From NCBI GenBank assembly GCA_044892505.1, contig CM097882.1:578150001-578214000 (forward strand): 64,000 nucleotides of DNA, written 5' to 3'. A model generated the notes under the pieces. That model did no database searches, was not told where the DNA came from, and saw only the letters and a program-made list of their open reading frames with translations. The translations under genes were made by a program, and so were the position numbers. The DNA comes from Schmidtea nova. Its lineage: Eukaryota. Within the stretch, counting starts at the first letter, position 1. Each line of letters begins with the position of its first letter. Shown here one piece after another: positions 38,001 through 50,602 of the stretch.

Positions 38001-38476
38001 AAAAATGAAATTAATTGTCTGTTTTTTCCATTTTTTCATTTAATTTTTATTATTTAAGTATTTTAAGATCACTTTATAAAAAAAACAATGAATAACAAAA
38101 TATTTCGTTAGTGCTTAATTTTTGAAAATAAAAACCTTGAAAGTTCTACCGAAATAGTGTTATTTTTTATAAACATAGAATATATTTATATATAAGGTGT
38201 TTTCATTAAAAATGACCTCATGAATAATATCATTAATTAAGAGAAATAACACATTAAAATACAATAAAATAAAAACAAAATGGAAAATAATTTGGATGAA
38301 TTTTACGTTCATAAATGACTTTTAATGACAGAAAAGAGCAAAATTAAAATATTTTTAATTATTCAAAAAATATTTATAACATTGCTACAAAATTGGAGAC
38401 TCAAAAAATATTTTCCGCTAATGATTTAAAAATTAGGATATCGCTGCGATTTGGCTGAATTATTGGCAAATAGACA

Positions 38477-39118
38477 CAGGGCCGGTTTTAGCAAAAAGCG
38501 TACCTAGGCGACTGCCTAAGGGCACCAAAACAATGGGGGTGTTTGACAATTAATGCCATTTGTTCATCGGACTTCCGCCATAAGCCGTTCAGGCGTTAAA
38601 GAAACTAAAAATTCATAATTCGCTTATTTACCGGTCAAATTTCGCGTTTTTTTCTTTCGAAGAGGACTGCACTGAATGTGCATATCATCTGCTGTGACGG
38701 AACCGTAGTCATCCACTAAACGTTAGAAACCGTCGACCGATGATTTTTATAACTTTCTAATAGTTCAACTGTCTAGTACTTTCACTTATAACTTAGTATA
38801 GTCGACATAATAAATAATAAATATAATCAATAAATATTGGATTGCAATATGTATTTAATTTGAATTTGAATGTATTATTAAGTATATTATTGAATTATTG
38901 ATGCTTAAAAAAGAGTTAATGAAAATTATTGTAAAGAAATTCCTTTATCGTGCAATTTAAATACTTTTTTGTTAACTCAATATTTTTCTTTAAATCAAAT
39001 TTGTATATATTTGTCTATGCTATGTTTGGCTATGCATGCACATATGTTAGTATACGTATTGATAAGGCAAATGAACTTTTCTTTCTCTAGGGCACCAGGT
39101 ACCCTTGCACTGGCCCTG
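38477..39118. mobile_element. hAT-type non-autonomous element
   Basis: TIR CAGGGCC(G/A)G, degenerate 8-bp TSD AATAGACA/AATAGGTG; internal ~38830-39000 is also present at ~35030-35190. Confidence 0.7.
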
Positions 39119-39647
39119 AATAGGTGGCAAACAGTTTTAAAATACATTTTTGATGAGAAGCAAGTTTTAAATGCCAACTAATTATAAATTGGACATACGT
39201 GGTACTCCAAATGAATAGTGAGACTTGTTCAAGCACGGACTATAAAAAATATTAAAAAAATTAAAATAATGTTTTTAAAATAATTATTGTCAATTATATA
39301 ATATTTATTTGTTTTACTTTCAAAAGTAGATTTAATAATAAATGAAATAGGTAAAAATGCTCTAGGAAATATGAGAATGGTTAAATTTATTTTTATAATT
39401 AATTGACTTTTTTTTTATAACTTTCTTTTACTATTATATGTGCTGTTAATTATTTTACTATCCTAAAAAGATCGTTTTAAAATTGTCTGCAGGGTCGATC
39501 AAATCGGCCAGTCCGCTACTGGACTCATATAGAAATAAATAAATGAACGTATTTCATTATCATCCTTTTTCAATAATTAAAACATTTTAATAATAACATT
39601 CTTTCTAAATTTCGCAAAAAGAACTTGAATTTATTATATTATCCTAT

Positions 39648-40500
39648 TGTTGAGGTTCCCAGAATCTCAATTTGGTGATCTTATATAAATAAATAAGTCA
39701 ACACTAGTTCGAAAAAATTTTTATTTAATTAAAACAATAAATAACAATTACCAAAATTTAATAATATTACATAGAGCAATTTAATTGTTTTTTGTATTTG
39801 TGTGTATATGTTATATATGTAATGTGTAATGGTGAATGCAGTTCTGAGCTCGATACACTGTATGCTCGATTTTGGCTTACAAAGTCGAGAACAACTAAGA
39901 AGTCCTTTTTAAGCGAAGAATTTATGGGTGGTTTGACTGAAAAATCAGTCAGTTTATATACTAATTTTTAAGGCACTTAATCTGTCAATAATGATTGTTA
40001 TTTTTCTACTTGAATTAATTGAAATTGTCTTCAGAATTGTTTTCAAAACAGAATTGTTTTTTAACCTTGGAATTATTTCATTTTGCTGACCCTTGTAGGA
40101 CATAAATATCATTTATTCAAAAAAATAGTAATTTATTTATTTTAATTTATTTAAACAATCAGTATTAGTTATTTATTTTATTGAATTAAAATATAAATCA
40201 AAATATAAACCATTTCCAAAGTTTAAAAAGTTAATTTATATATAATATTTGTAAAATAAAATATTCTTTCAAAATTACATAAAATCTTATCATTAATTAT
40301 GTCCATCACGATAAAAAATGTCAATAAATGTTCAATAAATTATAAATTGTCATAAGTATATTGTCAAAAATTAATTGTCTTTCGATCCATTGTTTGATCT
40401 TGATTGCCGTCTACATATACATTTATTCTATAATTTTTTCCTCCTATTCTATAGTCATCAATAATTTCGAATGTGTCGATTATTCTTCCTCTGTCTAACA
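39648..40500 (-). mobile_element. Solo LTR, 853 bp
   Basis: TGTT/AACA termini, perfect TSD CTAT, homologous to 14140-15222. Confidence 0.87.
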
Positions 40501-40972
40501 CTATATATAAATCCAATACGGCTTTTCTTAAGAGACTACTCGAAATTTGGTGGAATATTGAGCACATATATACTTCGATAATTTAAATTAATTTATTATA
40601 TTTAAATTTTTTTAATATAAACATCACCTATTTTATGCATCATTTATAATTGGAATCTAGTTGACCATGATAGCGTTTATGAGTTAAACAGAGATTTCGA
40701 AAAAAAACTAAAATATTCGAGTAATTGGACTTGTTAACTTAATTTTCAACTTAATTTCAAATATTTTGTTTATTTTATTTCAAATTTTATTATTTAAAAT
40801 TTACATATATATATTTAGTTATATCTTGTTTATTTAATTAAAAACCTATTTAAAATAAAATTTTATTTAAATTTTCTCATTTTAAATTTATTTATATTTT
40901 TTATTTTTATTTAAAATTTATTTAAAATAAAATTAGAATGAATGATTGAGAGACGCCGACTGATAATTAAAT

Positions 40973-43900
40973 TGTTGGATGTTGGTAAAATTTAGAATTT
41001 ACCATTAATTTTCTTATAACAAACGTGTTTATTTGATCATCACAGCTGGTTTCAAGAATGACAATGGTACGACAAATTCAACAATATGACAGATAATTAT
41101 ATAGTTCTTATTACGACACTTGGTGAGGAATAGCAGTCGTGTACAATATCTCTGTCTAATGATCAATGGCTACTGGTATAGATTCGACAATGGATTAATG
41201 ACTAATTGCTTTCTTGCTTTGACTTGGAAGTTTGCTTAATAAACTTTAATTTTTTACAATCTTCTCAATATTACACTTTGATTCTTCTCAATTTCAATTT
41301 ATTTGCCAATTTTCTATTCGATTCTCTCTTTTTCTTTTCTCTCGTCCAATATTGTTTAATCCTTTTATTGTTGGTCAAATTTATGGTACTTGAGATAAAT
41401 GTTTTTTCTCCATTTTTGCCTCTCGCATACTCTCATGCAATATTTCTGACATCCGGCGAGATTTACCATGCCTCTTTTTTTATTCCGACTTTTTCTCTTG
41501 CAATCCTGATAGTAGGTAGTTAGTGGCTCCCCAACCCAACCCCCCCGCCCCCCCTAGAAAAAAAGTGGGTTGGGGAGCCACTATGTTTTTTCGTCGATCT
41601 TTTGTATAGGAAAATTTTTGTCGGTCTTTTGTACAGGTGGCTTAGAAAGCCACTATGTTTTTTCGTCGGTCTTTTGTATAGGATTTTCTATTCCGAGATT
41701 TTTCTCGGGCAAAAAGGGACTCTGAAATTTTGTACAGGGATTTTGAACAGGGATTTTTGGTCTGGTATTTTTGTACAGGGATTTTTGGTCTGGTTATTTT
41801 GAATAAAGAATTTTGGGTCAATCTTTTGTATAGAAAATTTTTGTCGATCTTTTGAATAGGATTTTCTACTCCGAGATTTTTCTCGGGCAAAAAGGGACGC
41901 TGGTATTTTTGTACATGGAATTTTGGTCTGGTATTTTTGTATAGGATTTTGGTCTGGTTATTTTGAACAGGGATTTTTGGTCAATCTTTTGTATAGAAAA
42001 TTTTGTCGGTCTTTTGTATAGGATTTTCTATTCCGAGATTTTTCTCGGCCAAAAAGGGACGCTGGTATTTTTGTACATGGAATTTTGGTCTGGTATTTTT
42101 GTATAGGATTTTGGTCTGGTTATTTTGAACAGGGATTTTTGGTCTGGTATTTTTGAATAGGATTTTGGTCTGGTTATTTGGAATAGGATTTTCTACTCCC
42201 AGATTTTTTCTAGGGCAAAAAGGGACTCTGGATATTTGTATAGGGACTTTTATACAGGGATTTTTGGTCTGGTATTTTTGTATAGGATTTTTAGTCAGGT
42301 ATTTTGTATAGGATTTTGGTCTGGATATTTTGAATAGAATTTTCTACTCCCAGATTTTTTTAGGGTAAAAAAGGGAATCTGGTAATTTTGAACTAAAAAT
42401 TAAATGGTAAATAAAAAACACGTGTAAATTTTTTAAAATAGTAAAATACATTGAAATTATTTTGAATAGGATTTTCAATTCCCAGATTTTTCTTCAGGCA
42501 AAAATAGACTCTGGTAATTTTGAACTAAATTTTTTATGGTAAATAAAAACACGTGTAAAATTTTTAAACTAGTAAAATAGATTGAAATTATTTTGAATTG
42601 TATTTTCAATTCCCACAATTTCTAGGGCAAAAAGGGACTCTGGTAATTTTGAATAGAAATTTTAAATAAAGATTTAAGAAAAGGCTATTAAACACGTGAT
42701 TAAATTTAATATGCAATAAAACATGGAGAATTTTACAAAAACAAAAGAATGACATAATTTTTAAAACTTAATGAAAAAGGGTAAAATTAAGGCAAAGTCA
42801 GAGTTGAAATGACATAATATTTAAAATTAAATAAAAAGGGTTAAATTAAGGCAAAGTCAGAGTTGAATGATGCAATATTTAAAATTTAATGAAAAAAAGG
42901 GTAAAATTTTTTGAGCAATCTCGGAGTTGGTAAATTAAAAGTAAAATTTTTTAAAGTAAATTTTTTCAAAGTAAAATTTTTTTACAATAAAATTTTTTAT
43001 ACAATTTTTATAAAATCTTAAACTAAATTCAATAAACTTTTTTATACTGAAATTTTTAAGAGATTTTATGATAAATAAAAACACATCTAAATTTAGAAAA
43101 ATGATAAATAGATTTAAATGGTTAAATTAAATAGGCAATAAAACATGGAGAATTTTTACAAAGACAAAAGAATGACAAAATATTTAAAATTTTATAAAAA
43201 AGGGTAAAATTAAGGCAAAGTCAGAATTGAAATGACATAATATTTAAAATTTAATAAAAAAGTGTAAAATTAAGGCAAACTGAGAGTTGAAATGATATAA
43301 TATGAAAAATTTTATAAAATAAGTACGAAATGTTTTGGCAAACTCAGAGTTGGTAAATTTTTAAATATAAAATTAAAATTCTTTCACAAAATGAAATTTT
43401 CAAACTAATAAAAGTCTTAACAAATAAAAATTTTTACCAAATAAAAATTAATCAACAAATAAAGTTTTTTACCAAATAAAAATTAAACAATACAAATCAA
43501 ATTTCAAATACTAATTTTTTTTCAAGAAAGGTTTTGTTGTAATATATTCTTCTTAATTCAGTCAAAAGAAAAGTGTTTGGTCTGGGAATTTCCAAAAATT
43601 AAAAAGTTGTCAGAATTCAATAATTTTTATACCAATCTACTGAGAATTGAAAGGCGAACAATAAAGGTCAAAAAATTAAAATTATGAAAAAATCAAAATT
43701 TTATTCAGGAAATGTCAGTCTCAGTAAAAAAGGGTAAAGTACATAAAAAACGTGGAAATATTTAAAAAATTTTTAAACTAAATAATTAATTCTAAAAAAA
43801 TTTATGATAATTAAATAAAAAAAGTAAATAATTTCTATATGAATTTCCAAACTCAGTAAATAATTCACTCAATATTTTTGTAATGAATTTATTAAATAAA

Positions 43901-46900
43901 ATGGTACAATAAATAAAAAGCATGGAAATAATAAGTAAATTAAAGTTTGAATTTTAAAATAATTTGTTCTGGATTTATGAAAAATGGTAAAGTAAATAAA
44001 TTAAAGATAGAATTTTTAAAATAAATTAAGAATTTAAAGATAAATAGAATTATAAGCAAATAGTATTTTTTTAAATAAGTAAATTAAGAAAGACGTGAGT
44101 TTTAATATCATAATTTTAAAATGAATCGGCTTTAAATGAACTTTTTAATCTAATATTTGAAAAATGTGAGAATAATTAAATATTTTTGAAATTCTTTAAA
44201 GTAAATTTTTTAACAATAAAGTCAATGTAGAAAATTTTAACTATAAAATCAATGTATATTTTTAAAATCATCAACCAACAAGTAAAATTTTTTTTAATTA
44301 ATAAATACAAAGTAAATATTTTATACAAGTAAAATTTTTAACTAATAAATACAAATCTAAATGTTTTTCAATATGATCTTTTATAAGGAAATAATCAAAT
44401 AACAAAAAATAAATGTAGTAAATAAAACACATGTAAATATTAAATTTATTTAGAATAAAAGTAGTTATTAAACAAGAGTTGTTACAATTTTGTATACTAA
44501 GTTAAAAAATATTGATTAATGACATAAATATTTAAAAATAAACGTAATAATTGAAAATATGGGAACAAGTAAAATAATAATATTAATAATAATAATAATA
44601 ACAATAATAAGTAACACTTATCAATCAATCTAAGTACCAACAATAAACCGATCAACTAACTAATAATCTCATTACACACACACACACAAATCAATAACCG
44701 AATAGTTATAGATCAGATACCAACTGACTCTATCCACAAATTAAAAACCAACTAGTTATTTACCAGTTACCAACTGACTCTATATTAACCAACTAGGAAA
44801 ATTGTTCCATATGTCAATCAATTATCTCTTCTTATTAACTAGATATCAATTAATCCAATCCCCTTAGTTAACAAACAGACCAATTCCTTACTTACTTACT
44901 ACTTCTACACGTTAACCAACTAGTTCTATACACCAACCAATTGGTTCTATTCATTAATCATATACCAACCAACCAACTACCCACTCTATACATACTAACC
45001 AGCAACTAATCTCTTACTTACCAACTAGTTCTCTACATTAACCAACTAACTCTTCTCACCAACCAACTAACTCTTCTCATTAACCAACTACTTCTATTCA
45101 CAAATCCCCAACCAACTACACTAATCAACTAACTAACTATACATACTAACCAACAACTAATCTCTTACTTACCAACTAACTCTTCTCATTAACCAACTAC
45201 TTCTATTCACAAATATTATTATTTTACTTGTTCCCATATTTTCAATTATTACGTTTATTTTTAAAAATTTATGTCATTAATCAATATTTTTTAACTTAGT
45301 ATACAAAATTGTAACAACTCTTGTTTAATAACTACTTTTATTCTAAATAAATTTAATATTTACATGTGTTTTATTTACTACATTTATTTGTTGTTATTTG
45401 ATTATTTCCTTAAAAAAGATCATATTGAAAAACATTTAGATTTGTATTTATTAGTTAAAAATTTTACTTGTGAAAAATATTTACTTTGTATTTATTAATT
45501 AAAAAAAACTTTACTTGTTGGTTGATGATTTTAAAAAAATACATTGATTTTATAGTTAAAATTTTCTACATTGACTTTATTGTTAAAAGATTTACTTTAA
45601 AGAATTTCAAAAATATTTAATTATTCTCACATTTTTCAAATATTAGATTAAAAAGTTCATTTAAAGCCGATTCATTTTAAAATTATGATATTAAAATTCA
45701 CGTCTTTCTTAATTTACTTATTTAAAAAAAATACTATTTGCTTATAATTCTATTTATCTTTAAATTCTTAATTTATTTTAAAAATTCTATCTTTAATTTA
45801 TTTACTTTACCATTTTTCATAAATCCAGAACAAATTATTTTAAAATTCAAACTTTAATTTACTTATTATTTCCATGCTTTTTATTTAATGTACCATTTTA
45901 TTTAATAAATTCATTACAAAAATATTGAGTGAATTATTTACTGAGTTTGGAAATTCATATAGAAATTATTTACTTTTTTTATTTAATTATCATAAATTTT
46001 TTTAGAATTAATTATTTAGTTTAAAAATTTTTTAAATATTTCCACGTTTTTTATGTACTTTACCCTTTTTTACTGAGACTGGCATTTCCTGTATAAAATT
46101 TTGATTTTTTCATAATTTTAATTTTTTGACCTTTATTGTTCGCCTTTCAATTCTCAGTAGATTGGTATAAAAATTATTGAATTCTGACAACTTTTTAATT
46201 TTTGGAAATTCTCAGACCAAACACTTTTCTTTTGACTGAATTAAGAAGAATATATTACAACAAAACCTTTCTTGAAAAAAAATTAGTATTCTAAATTTGA
46301 TTTGTATTGTTTAATTTTTATTTGGTAAAAAACTTTATTTGTTGATTAATTTTTATTTGGTAAAAATTTTTATTTGTTAAGACTTTTATTAGTTTGAAAA
46401 TTTCATTTTGTGAAAGAATTTTAATTTTATATTTAAAAATTTACCAACTCTGAGTTTGCCATAAAATTTCGTACTTATTTTATAAAATTTTTCATATTAT
46501 GTCATTTCAACTCTCAGTTTGCCTTAATTTTACACTTTTTTATTAAATTTTAAATATTATGTCATTCTTTTGTCTTTGTAAAATTCTCCATGTTTTATTT
46601 CATATTTAATTTAACCATTTAAATCTATTTATCATTTTTCTAAATTTATACGTGTTTTTTATTTATCATAAAAATTTAAGTATAAAAAAGTTTATTGAAT
46701 TTAGTTTAAGATTTTATAAAAATTGTATAAAAAATTTTATTCTCAAACATTTTACTTTGAAAAATTTACTTTAAAAATTTTACTTTTAAAATTTTACTTT
46801 TAAATTACCAACTCCGAGATTTCCCAAAAAATTTCGTACTTATTTTTAAATTTTTCATATTATGTCATTTCAATTCTGACTTTGCCTTAATTTTACCCTT

Positions 46901-48493
46901 TTTATTAAATTTTAAATATTGCATCATTCAACTCTGACTTTGCTTTAATTTTACCCTTTTTTATAAAATTTTAAATATTATGTCATTTTTTTGTTTTTGT
47001 AAAAATTCTCCATGTTTTATTGCCTATTTAATTTAACCATTTAAATCTATTTATCATTTTTCTAAATTTAGATGTGTTTTTATTTATCATAAAATCTCTT
47101 AAAAATTTCAGTATAAAAAAGTTTATTGAATTTAGTTTAAGATTTTATAAAAATTGTATAAAAAATTTTATTGTAAAAAAATTTTACTTTGAAAAAATTT
47201 TACTTTTAATTTACCAACTCCGAGATTGCCCAAATAATTTTACCCTTTTTTCATTAAATTTTAAATATTGCATCATTCAACTCTGACTTTGCCTTAATTT
47301 AACCCTTTTTATTTAATTTTAAATATTATGTCATTTCAACTCTGACTTTGCCTTAATTTTACCCTTTTTCATTAAGTTTTAAAAATTATGTCATTCTTTT
47401 GTTTTTGTAAAATTCTCCATGTTTTATTGCATATTTAATTTAATCACGTGTTTAATAGCCTTTTCTTAAATCTTTATTTAAAATTTCTATTCAAAATTAC
47501 CAGAGTCCCTTTTTGCCCTAGAAATTGTGGGAATTGAAAATACAATTCAAAATAATTTCAATCTATTTTACTAGTTTAAAAATTTTACACGTGTTTTTAT
47601 TTACCATAAAAAATTTAGTTCAAAATTACCAGAGTCTATTTTTGCCTGAAGAAAAATCTGGGAATTGAAAATCCTATTCAAAATAATTTCAATGTATTTT
47701 ACTATTTTAAAAAATTTACACGTGTTTTTTATTTACCATTTAATTTTTAGTTCAAAATTACCAGATTCCCTTTTTTACCCTAAAAAAATCTGGGAGTAGA
47801 AAATTCTATTCAAAAAATCCAGACCAAAATCCTATACAAAATACCTGACTAAAAATCCTATACAAAAATACTAGACCAAAAATCCCTATATAAAAGTCCC
47901 TATACAAATATCCAGAGTCCCTTTTTGCCCTAGAAAAAATCTGGGAGTAGAAAATCCTATTCAAAATAACCAGACCAAAATCCTATTCAAAAATACCAGA
48001 CCAAAAATCCCTGTTCAAAATAACCAGACCAAAATCCTATACAAAAATACCAGACCAAAATTCCATGTACAAAAATACCAGCGTCCCTTTTTGGCCGAGA
48101 AAAATCTCGGAATAGAAAATCCTATACAAAAGACCGACAAAAATATTCCTATACAAAAGACCGACGAAAAAACATAGTGGCTCCACAACCCACTTTTTTC
48201 TAGGGGGGGAGGGGGGGTTGGGTTGGGGAGCCACTAACTACCTACTCCTGATATCTCTTATTTTTGTTAATCAATTTTGGAATTCTTTTACCCTTTTTTT
48301 ACTTCTTAATTAAGAATGACTTTTTCTGGCTAATTGTTCGATTTCTTTTGTTTTGCTACCATCTTCTCATTTATCAATTTTTGCTCTTCGTTTCTCTTTC
48401 TCCGAATTTTAAAACATCACATCATTTACCCTGTACATCTTCCCCAAATAATCTTTTTTGTGATAATATTTAATTTATTATTTATCCTCAACA
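40973..48493 (-). mobile_element. Solo LTR split into 40973-41510 and 48247-48493 by the palindromic element
   Basis: TGTTGG and CCTCAACA termini, TSD AAAT on both outer flanks, both halves similar to 29231-30301 (GCTATTC.TCACCA..GTGTCGTAATAAG block; TGTTGAGGATA start). Confidence 0.82.
41511..48246. mobile_element. 6.7-kb non-coding foldback/palindromic element with ~3-kb modular TIRs; candidate non-autonomous Maverick/Polinton derivative
   Basis: Arms ~41511-44584 and ~45213-48246 are reverse complements; termini AGTAGGTAGTTAGTGG...CCACTAACTACCTACT; TSD CCTGAT (6 bp) or TCCTGATA (8 bp); no credible ORF. Confidence 0.9.
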
Positions 48494-48529
48494 AAATCAA
48501 AATCTGGAAAAATAAAATTAGAAAAATTT

Positions 48530-48765
48530 AAAAAAGTAACCTCACAAGTTGATTAAAAAATATTTTGAGGAAATTCTGAGTAATAAATCAAAACTGAGTG
48601 CAAGAAAGAGCATTTTACAGTCAAGAAATTAACCTTCATTGACACTAAAAGTATTGGCATAAAGAGTGTTACTGATAATTTGTGCTAAATAAAAAAAATG
48701 TTTTTGTGTTGGGTGATTTAGGAGCACGAGGAATCAGAAATTAATACAGACTTGAATAATATGAA
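48530..48765 (+). mobile_element. 3' portion of another LTR
   Basis: AATAAA..TTGTGTTGGGTG..GGAGCACGAGGAATCAGAAATTAATAC signature. Confidence 0.5.
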
Positions 48766-49186
48766 TAATATGATTAAAGATGGCTTTTATTTATATTTTA
48801 AAAGGCACTGCCAAATATTTCCACCTTTGATCGTGGAAATACATTTGTTTTTATTGTGTTCAGACAGATCAACAAAACAGAAATAAATAAAACAAAGTTT
48901 ACTTGTGAAACACCTAATAATAAAAGAATTGAAAATATTTATTTTATTTTAAGAATAAAAATATTTAAAAATATTTTCGTGGATAAAAAAAGATTTTCAT
49001 ATTAACACAAAACAGAAAAATATTAAATATATTAGAAAAAATAAAAAGACGTTATATATTAAATAAAGAAAATATCCTGGGAAAATCTCGTATGTACGAA
49101 ATGTAGAAAGTCAGAACAAGAAAGTTCATTAATATATAAATGAATATAAAATAATATACAAAATAATATACAACAACAATTACAAT

Positions 49187-50017
49187 TTAGCAACATGTAC
49201 GCATTTTCAACATTTTTTGAAACCAAATGTCATTGAGCATTTCATTCAATTCAATTCTTTGATCCGGATCAACAACAATACATTTCATGATAAATTCTTG
49301 TACGTTTTGTGAACAATTTGTAAATGAAATTTTTGGAATGTAATCATCATTTACATTTATAAAAGGCGTTTTCCGTTCGAGACAACTGTAAGTAAGGGCA
49401 CCTAACATGAATACAATACTTTTCCTTACATCATACACTTCTTTATGGTTGAATACCTCTGGGCTGAAATACCCGATTGTTCCAACATAATCTTTGCTTT
49501 TAGGATTTTTATTATTTGCATCATAAAGTGCGTCTTCGTAATCAAGAATCTTTACTTTAAATGTTGATTTATTCACCATGATATTTTTAGGTTTGATATC
49601 CCTGTGATAAATGCCTTTTTCTGTTAACTTTTTAATGGCTATTATTACATTTTTCATGATTTTCTTAATAGATTTTTCAGGTCGCTTTTTTTCCATAGTA
49701 TATTCATATAATTCAATCCATTTACCTGTCAAATGTTCCATAACAATTGCAAATTCTTCTTCATTTTGAAAATAAGTAAGAATTTCTGGACAAATTTCAC
49801 CATCATTTATTAATTGATTAAAATGCATTTCAAGTGGAATAGGAAATGGATAATCTGGATTTGTAATGAATAAGCCAATGTTATATTTGTAGTAGCTTTT
49901 AATGACTACAGTTTTGTTTTTCTTGTTACTATTCGAATAGTTTTTAGCCACATAAATTGTACTTTTCTTTGATAAAAAGAGAGTTCTGATAGATTTGTAA
50001 TTATCACTTATAATCAT
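49187..50017 (-). CDS. Intronless atypical PIM/PASK-like Ser/Thr kinase, paralog 2 (276 aa; HRD, DYE, C-terminal RTCC)
   Basis: Same subdomains as paralog 1, about 75-80% identical by eye; HRDIKPKN. Confidence 0.93.
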   Translation of the reverse strand: MIISDNYKSIRTLFLSKKSTIYVAKNYSNSNKKNKTVVIKSYYKYNIGLFITNPDYPFPIPLEMHFNQLINDGEICPEILTYFQNEEEFAIVMEHLTGKWIELYEYTMEKKRPEKSIKKIMKNVIIAIKKLTEKGIYHRDIKPKNIMVNKSTFKVKILDYEDALYDANNKNPKSKDYVGTIGYFSPEVFNHKEVYDVRKSIVFMLGALTYSCLERKTPFINVNDDYIPKISFTNCSQNVQEFIMKCIVVDPDQRIELNEMLNDIWFQKMLKMRTCC

Positions 50018-50602
50018 ATTAATATTTTGTTTTAATAATTTCTTTTATCTATTTAATATAGTAATATATTTTATTTTTTTAATATTTTTATTGTGTTTGA
50101 TTGGTTAAATTATTTTGATAATAAATTATAATTATGAAATTATGATTAAATTAGATAAATTTATAATACAATTATTACTGTACCAAAGCACAACTAATAA
50201 ATTTCTAAATAATACCTTTAATAATAAATCAAAAGGTTTTCTTATTATAAAAGTGGGAAAATTGGAAAAATTGGGAAAACTGGATATAAATAAGATTTAA
50301 TAATATAATGAAATACACACTTAATGAATGCTGTACCAAAATAGCTTCTTAAAATATTTGATCTATAGTCATACAATTATGAAAATTATTCGTATAAACT
50401 TAATATATAGGCTATAAATTCTCAATCTGTAGATAACCTGAAAAGTTTTAAAAAGTCACCTAAATATAAAAAAAATGTTTTTTGAAAATAAACAAATCCT
50501 TTTTACTAGTAAATTATTAACAATGTTTTGTGGTAGTTGTGCTGCTATCTTTTAAATATATCACAATTTTATTTTAGATAGTGAAAATATTATTTCAATA
50601 TT

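Noticed and set aside
24377-40500. Two solo LTRs both exactly 853 bp as the paired ends of one element
   Set aside because: Opposite orientation, different sequences and separate TSDs; the equal length is coincidence.
41602-48234. Short ORFs inside the palindrome (e.g. 41602-41802, 41642-41890, 47074-47286, 48037-48234)
   Set aside because: Translations of tandem repeats; no transposase or Maverick motifs.
41511-48246. Palindrome as an amplification or assembly fold-back artifact
   Set aside because: It has a TSD, splits an LTR whose halves rejoin, has a unique spacer, and the arms differ by substitutions and module indels. Long-read confirmation is still advisable.
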